This document shows positions 1-7,719 of a DNA stretch of 43,224 nt, one piece after another. The stretch is taken from NCBI GenBank assembly GCA_036479435.1, contig JAZGFI010000293.1, positions 1 through 43,224 on the forward strand, written 5' to 3'. The position numbers were made by a program, and so were the translations under genes. The stretch comes from Planctomycetota bacterium (GTDB lineage Bacteria > Planctomycetota > GCA-002687715 > DRQF01). The notes under the pieces were generated by a model. The model was not told the DNA's origin. It saw nothing but the letters and a program-made list of their open reading frames with translations, and did no database searches. How positions within the stretch are numbered: the stretch's first letter is position 1; every line of letters starts with the position of its first letter.

Positions 1-127
1 TATGACCAGTCACCAGACGACCGATGGAAAACTCAAAAGGGGGCATTCAGTTCTCTATTTAGCCTCGTATTGCGATGACGACGACCCAACATGCACCGAC
101 GATATGCCGTGCCTGGAATGTCTGAAA
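1..127 (+). repeat. Terminal direct repeat (copy at 43098-43224), probably an assembly k-mer overlap
   Basis: 1-127 is identical to 43098-43224, cuts through an ORF, and 127 is a common assembler k. Confidence 0.95.
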
Positions 128-211
128 ATGTCGAATGTCGCCGTTCTCAAAGAGGATTGCCCCGCAGAAATTCGCGGAGGATATGAATATTTAAAGGGGG
201 TCGCCACATGA
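2..211 (+). CDS. Hypothetical protein (cassette array; same gene starts at 43099)
   Basis: ATGA-coupled to neighbours; Cys-rich; starts MTSHQTT, encoded by the junction motif. Confidence 0.7.
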   Translation: MTSHQTTDGKLKRGHSVLYLASYCDDDDPTCTDDMPCLECLKMSNVAVLKEDCPAEIRGGYEYLKGVAT

Positions 212-534
212 CCAATTACCAATATATCCGCGACACCTGCCAATATGTCCGCAACACCTATGGCGTTCCCGCCGTCATCGGTCGCCGCATTTCATTCAAG
301 GGTAAGCCCGGCATCATCGCTGAGGATCGCGGCAACTATATCGGCGTGAACTTCGATGAGGACAAGCCTGGTGAAGTCTGCAACCTGCATCCGACGTATG
401 AGGTTGAATATCTCGACATGGGTAAAGTTCGACAGGAAACACGATCTCAAAAACGATACCGGCAGTTCCGTGAATGCGATTGGTTCGACGGAACCTTCGG
501 GGATTGGATCAAAACGGATTGGAGTGTCACCTAA
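208..534 (+). CDS. Phage hypothetical protein (cassette array)
   Basis: ORF with ATGA overlap and G-rich RBS. Confidence 0.8.
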   Translation: MTNYQYIRDTCQYVRNTYGVPAVIGRRISFKGKPGIIAEDRGNYIGVNFDEDKPGEVCNLHPTYEVEYLDMGKVRQETRSQKRYRQFRECDWFDGTFGDWIKTDWSVT

Positions 535-869
535 TGATCGAAGACAGGAAGGTGTTGGACGCACGAATCTACGCTCGCGGTTATGCGGCAGGCAAAAGAA
601 ACAAACAACACGCCATAAAGATGGCCGTCAAACAGGCCTCCAAAATTGAGATAGACACCAAGTTGGTTGCTACGATCCTGCGTGAGGAAATTGCAACGCG
701 CATGCCAAGGAGAATTGCTCCGACTATGCCAGAGATTGGACATGGACTGGAGTTCGTTAGCTGCTGTGTTTGTATGGTTGATTTTGGGATGCCAAAGGGA
801 AGGACGAAGGTAACTTGCCCGAACGGCCATTCCCTCCACTGGCCAAAAAGGGAGAAGAAAAATGCCTAG
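534..869 (+). CDS. Hypothetical protein with C-terminal Cys/His cluster (cassette array)
   Basis: TAATG coupling at 532-536 with GGAG RBS; CCVC...CPNGH. Confidence 0.7.
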   Translation: MIEDRKVLDARIYARGYAAGKRNKQHAIKMAVKQASKIEIDTKLVATILREEIATRMPRRIAPTMPEIGHGLEFVSCCVCMVDFGMPKGRTKVTCPNGHSLHWPKREKKNA

Positions 870-892
870 TCAACAGACGGACCAGGAGAGAA

Positions 893-1219
893 TTGAAATT
901 CCGCGTTTGGGATGAAGCCGAAAACCGCATTATCTCGACGGACATGGAAATAGCCGCGCGCTATTATCATGCGGGCGCCCCGGTCATGCAATTTACCAGC
1001 CTCAAGGATAAGAACGGCGTGGATATCTACGAGGGGGATATTGTTAGGATTGGAATGTCATCGGTAACTGCGACCGCCGTATATCAGGCTGATGGTGGTA
1101 TGTGGTGCATTCTTATAGAGGACGGACCCGATGGGGGGCGGGCACTAAGATCCCCCCTCTTCAAAGGCTACACGGTCGTCATCGGCAACATCCACGAGAA
1201 CCCGGAGCTGATATTATGA
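893..1219 (+). CDS. YopX family protein (start uncertain)
   Basis: ELKFRVWD...MQFTSLKDKNGVDIYEGDIV...VIGNIHENPELI is the YopX signature; no in-frame ATG near the N-terminus, TTG at 893 follows AGGAG. Confidence 0.8.
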   Translation: MKFRVWDEAENRIISTDMEIAARYYHAGAPVMQFTSLKDKNGVDIYEGDIVRIGMSSVTATAVYQADGGMWCILIEDGPDGGRALRSPLFKGYTVVIGNIHENPELIL

Positions 1220-1416
1220 ACGACAGTCATCGAAGGACCGAGGGCAAGATACTATTGACCGATGATACGAGCGAGATTGACCCGTTCAGATATGACTTTG
1301 AAATCTCAATGCGGACGGCAGCAGCTTGTGCGATGTTCCAAGTGGCTCATGGTAAGGCCCTTCCGCAACAGGTCCGAAACGACATTGTGAAGAAAGCACG
1401 GGAGGTTTCCAGCTAA
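1216..1416 (+). CDS. Hypothetical protein (cassette array)
   Basis: ATGA overlap with YopX stop; GGAG RBS. Confidence 0.65.
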   Translation: MNDSHRRTEGKILLTDDTSEIDPFRYDFEISMRTAAACAMFQVAHGKALPQQVRNDIVKKAREVSS

Positions 1417-1544
1417 TGACGGGGAAACTGAACCACATCAGAGATTGCATAGTTGTCGCCGCAATTCTTCTGCTGCAACCCACGCTCTTTATTAGCGTCT
1501 ATTCATTTGTCTTCTATATCATCTTTACGGAGGTCACAAAATGA
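1416..1544 (+). CDS. Small membrane peptide, 42 aa (not in ORF track)
   Basis: GGAGG RBS, TAATG coupling; MTGKLNHIRDCIVVAAILLLQPTLFISVYSFVFYIIFTEVTK. Confidence 0.65.
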   Translation: MTGKLNHIRDCIVVAAILLLQPTLFISVYSFVFYIIFTEVTK

Positions 1545-1750
1545 CCCAAGAAGAGCGCGAGAACGAGCTAATAACAATGACCCTTTCACGCAGCGGAAAG
1601 ATCATCACCAAGGCGACTTTTGCCGATAAGATCACTGACGCTTTTCTTGCCGGCGAGACAATCCTGATACGTATGGGCGGCTTTGATAAGGAGTTGAAAG
1701 GCTGCTGTAGGATCGTCGCTCAAGTGGAGAAGGAGACCGTCGATGAATAG
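1541..1750 (+). CDS. Hypothetical protein (cassette array)
   Basis: GGAGG RBS, ATGA overlap. Confidence 0.7.
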   Translation: MTQEERENELITMTLSRSGKIITKATFADKITDAFLAGETILIRMGGFDKELKGCCRIVAQVEKETVDE

Positions 1751-2114
1751 TCAACAGACGACGGAGACAGTAACCCTTGATATGACCGGCGTTGAGCTAT
1801 TCAGCGGCGAACGTTGCCCGTGTGAACACCACGCTACATGTCCTGATTGCAAACACGAATGGGACCAGGATTGTGGCGAAAATTATACCAATTGCCCCGC
1901 CTGCGGAAAGCGATGGTCTGTCCACCTGGATGAAATTGAGACAGATGACTTTTGCGATTGGGTGATTTGGTTGAGACCCGAAGAAGAGGGCATCAAGCCA
2001 TGTGAGCCACTACCTTCATACCAAGTGCTTCTCGCGTCCTGTGGCCTTTCAGGAGAGGTTAAGGACGGCGACACAGTGACGATAATCTCAACAATGGAAA
2101 GCTCTAGCACATGA
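1743..2114 (+). CDS. Zinc-ribbon hypothetical protein (cassette array)
   Basis: CPDC and CPAC motifs; AAGGAG RBS. Confidence 0.7.
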   Translation: MNSQQTTETVTLDMTGVELFSGERCPCEHHATCPDCKHEWDQDCGENYTNCPACGKRWSVHLDEIETDDFCDWVIWLRPEEEGIKPCEPLPSYQVLLASCGLSGEVKDGDTVTIISTMESSST

Positions 2115-2154
2115 CCCAAGAAACGAGCGTCTGAAGGACGCTCCGTCTGAAGGC

Positions 2155-2182
2155 AGAAGCCCCGGGTTATTCCGGGGCTTCT
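2155..2182. terminator. Hairpin between convergent transcription units (candidate bidirectional terminator)
   Basis: AGAAGCCCCGG-GTTATT-CCGGGGCTTCT, 11-bp perfect stem at the array/late-operon boundary. Confidence 0.6.
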
Positions 2183-2379
2183 GGTGTTTGGGGGGTCTGT
2201 GGTAATTGTGGTTCTCTTGGACGGCGTTCTGGCCGCCTGGGCGTGCGAGGGGGTGCGGGCGGCCTTGGGGTGCCTGGCTCCCCTCCGGGGCGTGACGGGC
2301 GCTCAGGACGGTCCGGACGGTCGGGCCGCCCCGGACGCTCAGGGCGTTCGGGACGGTCCGGATGGTTAGGGCGCAGCAT
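2167..2379 (-). CDS. Arg/Pro-rich low-complexity peptide
   Basis: TGATG coupling to the upstream gene; RP(D/E/G) repeats. Confidence 0.5.
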   Translation of the reverse strand: MLRPNHPDRPERPERPGRPDRPDRPERPSRPGGEPGTPRPPAPPRTPRRPERRPREPQLPQTPQTPEAPE

Positions 2380-2750
2380 CAGGACCCCACGCCGGCGATC
2401 GCGGCCTTGACGGCGTCAACAATGCTCGGCATTGCCTTGGTGACCTCTGCCGCCACCGCTTTTTCGACGTCGGCGCGGATGGCCTGGCCCTCGAAGGCTT
2501 TCTCGTCGGTGGCGGCATAATTCATGATCGTGCCATCCGGCGTGAACTCCACCTCGAACGACACCTGGCCTTTTTCCTTGCCGTCCATCACCTTGAACTT
2601 GCACGCCGCCCGGTCAGCGCCTTCACCGCACCATTTGACGGCGACCTCGGTCATACCGGCATGGCCCTGTGGGTTCCAGGGCACGGCCCCGGCGCAGGCA
2701 TTGAGCGCCAGCGCTACAAGCGCCGCCGCCATCAGTTTCAGAAAACGCAT
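2379..2750 (-). CDS. Lipoprotein (possible spanin/lysis accessory)
   Basis: MRFLKLMAAALVALALNAC lipobox; GGAG RBS; downstream of a holin-like gene. Confidence 0.7.
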   Translation of the reverse strand: MRFLKLMAAALVALALNACAGAVPWNPQGHAGMTEVAVKWCGEGADRAACKFKVMDGKEKGQVSFEVEFTPDGTIMNYAATDEKAFEGQAIRADVEKAVAAEVTKAMPSIVDAVKAAIAGVGS

Positions 2751-2773
2751 AACAGTCTCCTCAGGTTGTGGGC

Positions 2774-2941
2774 CTATGGCCCGGTTGGGATTGCCTCGGC
2801 GAGCGTCAGCAAAAACACGCTGATCGCCGCCCAGGTTTCCGCGTCCACCACCGCATAGGTGCCGCCGCCGGCGATAATCACGCCGAGCGCCGCCAGCGCC
2901 TTCTTGGTCAACAGACGCAATAGAAAATCTTTCCATCTCAT
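2774..2941 (-). CDS. Small 2-TM membrane protein (holin-like)
   Basis: MRWKDFLLRLLTKKALAALGVIIAGGG...WAAISVFLLTLA; GGAGAG RBS. Confidence 0.6.
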   Translation of the reverse strand: MRWKDFLLRLLTKKALAALGVIIAGGGTYAVVDAETWAAISVFLLTLAEAIPTGP

Positions 2942-2957
2942 GGGTCTCTCTCCTTGT

Positions 2958-3788
2958 TTAGACTGCGTTTGATGGGAAGGAACCGCCGCCCCACATAATC
3001 CGTACGGCGCCGTCACCGCCATCACCGCCAGTATCGGTGACACCTTCACCGGAACCACCGCCACCGCCAAAATCACCGCCGGCGCCGCCGACATCCGGAC
3101 CTATGGTACCCGTACCACCATCCGCGCCACCAGACCCACCGCCGCCGCCTGTCGGGGTCGCTGCGCCGCCGTCGCCATCATCTCCTTCACCATTCAGCCC
3201 CACGCCGCCGCCGCCCGAGCCGAGATTATCCGTGGAGCCACCGGCGCCACCACCTCCGCCCGCGCCGGCGTTTCCGGCACCAGATAGAACGCCATCGCCG
3301 CCATCACCCGAATAGCCACCCGCACCGCCACCGCCGGAATTTTCAATGCCAACGTGATGGAGGCCCGTACCACCATTGCCACCCAACACTCCGGCGCCTG
3401 AAAAGACGCCACCAGCACCATCAACAGTATCCGTACCTCTGCCGCCGCCGCCCGCCGTCACACCTTCAAAAACGGAGGCCGTGCCTGCGGTCCCACCATT
3501 TAATGTGCTTCCCGTTCCACCCACGCCGACCGTAACGGTGAAATTGTTTCCAGGAATAACCGGGATATCGTTTTTCCAGGCAAGAGCCCCGCCGCCGCCG
3601 GCGTCATAGGCACTGCCGCCACCGCCGCCGCCGACACCCATCATATGCACGATGGTCACGCCCGGACCCGGCGTGAACGTACCGGAGACGAGAAATATCT
3701 CCTCGGCCGTAGGCCCGCCGGCCGACTTGAACACGTCATGCATGACATCCTTGACTACATCCTTGATCGGGTCATTGAAGAGCGTCAT
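2958..3788 (-). CDS. Glycine-rich tail-associated protein
   Basis: SGTFTP...GVT...VGGGGGG and GGDGGDGAVRIMW ends typical of Gly-rich phage fibre domains. Confidence 0.8.
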   Translation of the reverse strand: MTLFNDPIKDVVKDVMHDVFKSAGGPTAEEIFLVSGTFTPGPGVTIVHMMGVGGGGGGSAYDAGGGGALAWKNDIPVIPGNNFTVTVGVGGTGSTLNGGTAGTASVFEGVTAGGGGRGTDTVDGAGGVFSGAGVLGGNGGTGLHHVGIENSGGGGAGGYSGDGGDGVLSGAGNAGAGGGGGAGGSTDNLGSGGGGVGLNGEGDDGDGGAATPTGGGGGSGGADGGTGTIGPDVGGAGGDFGGGGGSGEGVTDTGGDGGDGAVRIMWGGGSFPSNAV

Positions 3789-3800
3789 GGGGTTACCTTT

Positions 3801-5588
3801 CTAATCATCATCGGCGCCGTCGCGCATCGGATCCCGGATCGGATCCCGGAACACGTTGCGGAACACATTGCGGAAAAATTTGGGGAGGGCTCCGTCTCCC
3901 GGGATGAACAACCGGGCGAGGGACGCGGCGCCGGTCATCACGGCACTGATGGCGCGCGTGGCCAAAATCGCGTTCACCACACTCGCGGTGCCAGTCATGC
4001 CGGCGCTGATCGCGCGCGCGAACATGCGCGCCGGCGCCACGCTTGCGGTGCCCGTCATGGTAGCCAATATGCTTTTGCGGATCAGCTTGCCGGCGGCGGC
4101 CGTGCCCACCATCACCGCATCAATCGACTTGCGGATCAGCTTGCCGACGCTCGCCGTGCCGATCATCGTGGCCGCGATGAGGCGCCCGAACGTAAAGACC
4201 TGGGCGAGCGTGGCCGTGCCGATCATCACCGCGCTGATCGCCCGGCTCACCAGGCTTGCCGGCGTCACGGTTGCGGTACCGGTCAGGGTGGCCGATATGG
4301 ATTTTGAGATGGTCTTGGCGAGATCCGCCGTGCCGACCATCGCGGCCGAAATGCTTTTGCGGATCAGCTTGCCGATCGACGCCGTGCCGATCATCGCGGC
4401 ACTGATGGCCTCCGCGAATGTCTGCGTGAAGGTCTGCGACGCGGTTCCGGTCATCGTGGCGGAAATGGATTTGTTTGTCGTGGCGCCGGTGGTGGGAATA
4501 TGCAGGACCATGCCAGCCATGCCGTAACATTGAAAATCCTGTCCGCCGGTCGTTTCAAATCCAATGCTCAGATGTTCCGTCTTGAGAGGAACAATCGTCG
4601 GATCTTCGGAAACAAAGAAATAATTGGCAATCGATGTCGGCGGATCCAAGTCTGCCGACCGTGTTGTGCCATCAACATCATTACCGAGAAGACCGAAATG
4701 AGCCGAACCACCGCCACCCGAGCGGTTCATCCGCCAGATGCCTTTTACAGCAAGAGGGTCATTATCGATGTTGGTATCGCCGCTTGGTCCTTCCGGGTTG
4801 CCGTTCGTGGCGTCAGCATCAACCGACCCCGCAGCCGCTCCGGTATATTCCGCGACCGTCGCATCACTGAACGGGACAATGCCACAATCCACCCATTGGC
4901 CGATGTTGAGGGCATCGCCGGTATCGGCTGTTGCACTCGCCTTGTCCGACTGATATTTTCGAACCGCCCCCTGACCAAGACGATCTGCCGCACTGGCCGC
5001 CCCGGAAACAAAATAGATATCGTTGTAATAGGTGAAACCACCCGAGGCGTTGTTGTTTCCCTCGAATTCGATGGTAACAATAGAACCGCTACTGATCAGA
5101 TCATCGCCGGTTCCTGAACCAATACTCACGCCGTCCTTGAAGAGTTCCCAATCACCAGGGTCTGCATGCTGGAAATAAAATTCGAAGTAATAATGGGTAT
5201 CGTCGGCTACAATCGCATTTGTAATGGTGGAAATAACGCCACCGACATTGCGAACCTCAATAGAGCTGCCCGTGGTTTTTTGCAGGAAAACGGATGTGCC
5301 GGTCGCCCCCACAACTTCCAGCAGGCGCGTCGTGCCCGCCGAACTGAAGTTTTCAACAGCAACCCGGAATCCGATGATGTGGTCATTACCCGCATCAGAA
5401 ACGCTGTCAAACGGGGTTATTTCTATGACGCCGGGGGTCGATGCTCCTGCCGCGCGCGCCATAATGGTGCTGCCGCCAGGCTGCCCTGGGCCACCTGCCG
5501 ACGTATCGTCGGTAAAGCCCGAACTGCTCGATACCTCATTATCGATCCCAACTTCGAAACCGACAAAATCATTGATGGTGACGGCCAT
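3801..5588 (-). CDS. Tail/virion protein with beta-rich head and about 19-aa tandem repeats
   Basis: About ten ISAxMxGTA repeats in the C-terminal third; lectin-like beta N-terminus (inference). Confidence 0.75.
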   Translation of the reverse strand: MAVTINDFVGFEVGIDNEVSSSSGFTDDTSAGGPGQPGGSTIMARAAGASTPGVIEITPFDSVSDAGNDHIIGFRVAVENFSSAGTTRLLEVVGATGTSVFLQKTTGSSIEVRNVGGVISTITNAIVADDTHYYFEFYFQHADPGDWELFKDGVSIGSGTGDDLISSGSIVTIEFEGNNNASGGFTYYNDIYFVSGAASAADRLGQGAVRKYQSDKASATADTGDALNIGQWVDCGIVPFSDATVAEYTGAAAGSVDADATNGNPEGPSGDTNIDNDPLAVKGIWRMNRSGGGGSAHFGLLGNDVDGTTRSADLDPPTSIANYFFVSEDPTIVPLKTEHLSIGFETTGGQDFQCYGMAGMVLHIPTTGATTNKSISATMTGTASQTFTQTFAEAISAAMIGTASIGKLIRKSISAAMVGTADLAKTISKSISATLTGTATVTPASLVSRAISAVMIGTATLAQVFTFGRLIAATMIGTASVGKLIRKSIDAVMVGTAAAGKLIRKSILATMTGTASVAPARMFARAISAGMTGTASVVNAILATRAISAVMTGAASLARLFIPGDGALPKFFRNVFRNVFRDPIRDPMRDGADDD

Positions 5589-5667
5589 CAGACGCCCCCA
5601 CGCACAAAGCCACCACCAGGCGATGCCGGGCAGGTGGGCATATCAGCGCGAAGGACGCGCGCCACCA

Positions 5668-6018
5668 TCAGCCAACAGCAAGCTGGATCGTGTATTCGAT
5701 CTTGTCGCCAGCGTCCACGGCGACGCCGGCGTGATCGCCCTTGACGATCAGAATACCGGCCGTCACTAGGCTGAAAACCCCGGCGTTGGTGATCGTCTTG
5801 GTGCCGTCCGCCGTGATCTGCGCCAGCCACTGCATAATACTCGCGGAAGGCTGGGTGTCGGTGCTCTGCACACGGGTCTCGCTCGCTTCCACGAACAGCG
5901 TCGTATCCCCCTTGGCCGTGGTGCCGGCGCCGGTACCCCAGCCGATAAAATAATTCCCGAAGGCGTCGAGCTGATCCACCACAAATTCTTCGCCCGTATC
6001 CACAAAGACGTCAGCCAT
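5668..6018 (-). CDS. Tail-associated structural protein
   Basis: IGWGTGAGT..KGDTTL..E and TITNAGVF...AGDKIEYT resemble tail-fibre N-terminal adaptor domains. Confidence 0.7.
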   Translation of the reverse strand: MADVFVDTGEEFVVDQLDAFGNYFIGWGTGAGTTAKGDTTLFVEASETRVQSTDTQPSASIMQWLAQITADGTKTITNAGVFSLVTAGILIVKGDHAGVAVDAGDKIEYTIQLAVG

Positions 6019-6277
6019 GATTATTCTCCTTGGCCTGTTTCAGCTTCCGCCATTCCTCAAGCGAATAGCGCTTGCCGGTTTTGCCGCAAATCACGGCGCT
6101 TAGTTCGATCGTGGGCACACCGTCGAGCGGCGCCGCCATCGGCCCGCCGCCAGCGGAGCCGCGCTTGGCATAGACCCGGCCCTTGACAACCGGTCGCTTT
6201 GCAATCCGCCGGTCACCCCGGCGCCAGGCGGCAATGTCCGATCTGAAGCACCGGATCCAATCCATAAAGGCCATCAT
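6011..6277 (-). CDS. Hypothetical protein
   Basis: ORF with GGAGG RBS in the late operon. Confidence 0.65.
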   Translation of the reverse strand: MMAFMDWIRCFRSDIAAWRRGDRRIAKRPVVKGRVYAKRGSAGGGPMAAPLDGVPTIELSAVICGKTGKRYSLEEWRKLKQAKENNHG

Positions 6278-6283
6278 GCCCTC

Positions 6284-6583
6284 CTATTTCCGGATGGCGA
6301 CGTTGGCGGTGCCGGATGTGTACTGATCCATCCGAAGGCGCACCTCAAAGCTGCCGGTGAATTCGCCGATCTTGGTAACCTCAGCATTGGCCGTGAACGT
6401 CTCGGTCACCACAATGGGGCCGCCTGGGACTTCGCGGATTTCCGCCACTACCGTGCCATCATAAGTGCCGCTGATAAAAACGCTGAAAAAGTGCCGCCGT
6501 TCGGCATTCTGAAACACAAGCCAATCCGTGGCGGCTTCGTCGACCGCCAGCGCACCTTCTTTTCTCCACTTATTGTCTGCCAT
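6284..6583 (-). CDS. Hypothetical beta-rich virion protein
   Basis: ORF with AGGAG RBS; ISGTYDGTVV...VRLRM..YTSGTANVAI. Confidence 0.7.
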   Translation of the reverse strand: MADNKWRKEGALAVDEAATDWLVFQNAERRHFFSVFISGTYDGTVVAEIREVPGGPIVVTETFTANAEVTKIGEFTGSFEVRLRMDQYTSGTANVAIRK

Positions 6584-6594
6584 CGTGCTCTCCT

Positions 6595-6999
6595 TTATTG
6601 TCCAATATTCGTCGTGCCGCCACCACCACCAATCACGGACGCACCCGCCACACCGCCCAGGCTGCCGCCGATGCCGATCAGTTGCACACCGCCCGCCTTC
6701 TGCGCGAATTCAACGACCATTGCAGCAGCGTCACCCACGACTTCATCAAGCCCGAAACGGATCTGGCCCGTGCCCACAAAACTGGTACGTGCGATCATGC
6801 CGTCCTTCCACTTGTTGCGAGTGATATCGATCCATTCCTCAAACGGGTCGAAACGCCATTGCAGCACCACATCCGCCACCACCAGTGATCCATCATTCCA
6901 CGTCGCACAGTAGACCTCCCATATCCCGAACGGGAACAGTGTCAGGTGCAGCGGAAAGGGGTCGATCTGGGTGATCTCGGTCGGTGGAATTTGCTCCAT
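6595..6999 (-). CDS. Hypothetical protein
   Basis: GAGGAG RBS before ATG 6999; overlaps the endolysin 3' end. Confidence 0.65.
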   Translation of the reverse strand: MEQIPPTEITQIDPFPLHLTLFPFGIWEVYCATWNDGSLVVADVVLQWRFDPFEEWIDITRNKWKDGMIARTSFVGTGQIRFGLDEVVGDAAAMVVEFAQKAGGVQLIGIGGSLGGVAGASVIGGGGGTTNIGQ

Positions 7000-7540
7000 T
7001 CTCTGTCTCCTCAAGATCACCCCCCTGAGGTCCGCCCGAATATCTGTCCGTCTCCGCCAGCAGCCGCACCGCCAGCGCGTGGCAACGCATTAAACGCCGG
7101 AACCAGCCGCGCCGATAGTGAATGAAATTTCTTGTGTCGGAATAAAGAACGCACCGCTCGGCCGAAAAATTATCAATCAGCCTTTCAAGGCTACCGGCAT
7201 GTTCTATGGCGTCCATTGTCTGGGGCCCTATAATGCCGTCGTCTGTAACCTTCAACACCCGCTGCAGACACCGGATGCATCCATTGACGCCCTGGTTGAC
7301 GGCACCACCCATCATCAAAGCCGCAATGGGGACCGGCAGGGCATCACAAAAAGACTTGACCCAATAGTCGCGGTGGTAGATTTCCCGTGCGCGAGCCGCC
7401 GTCATGCTGGCGATGTCCTCATCCGGATATGCCCGCCGGCTGATGCCGAAATTGGTTTCGCCGCCCGGGTCATGGGGATCGGTGTGGTGACCGCCCTCGA
7501 TCGCCAGGATGAAATCAATGATGCTCTCAAAGGCGCTCAT
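6893..7540 (-). CDS. Endolysin, glycoside hydrolase family 108 with peptidoglycan-binding domain
   Basis: EGG..DPHDPGGETNFGIS, AVNQG, LQ..L.V.DDGIIGPQT, YRRGWFRRL motifs. Confidence 0.92.
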   Translation of the reverse strand: MSAFESIIDFILAIEGGHHTDPHDPGGETNFGISRRAYPDEDIASMTAARAREIYHRDYWVKSFCDALPVPIAALMMGGAVNQGVNGCIRCLQRVLKVTDDGIIGPQTMDAIEHAGSLERLIDNFSAERCVLYSDTRNFIHYRRGWFRRLMRCHALAVRLLAETDRYSGGPQGGDLEETENGANSTDRDHPDRPLSAAPDTVPVRDMGGLLCDVE

Positions 7541-7698
7541 GTCGTCACCTTCAGCACGATCACAAACAGCCCGCCGATCACACTCGTCAGCATGGCCCAT
7601 TGCAACATTTCAATGCGGCCGAGCCGTCCGAAAATCGTCTTGCTCTGTTCTTCCAATCGTGTCACGCGCTCTCTCAGATCGTCCAATGGATCTCTCAT
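7537..7698 (-). CDS. XhlA-like/holin-like protein, 53 aa (not in ORF track)
   Basis: MRDPLDDLRERVTRLEEQ coiled coil plus one C-terminal TM segment; ATGA-coupled to the endolysin. Confidence 0.7.
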   Translation of the reverse strand: MRDPLDDLRERVTRLEEQSKTIFGRLGRIEMLQWAMLTSVIGGLFVIVLKVTT

Positions 7699-7719
7699 AC
7701 ACACCCCGCCTGGTTAAAG

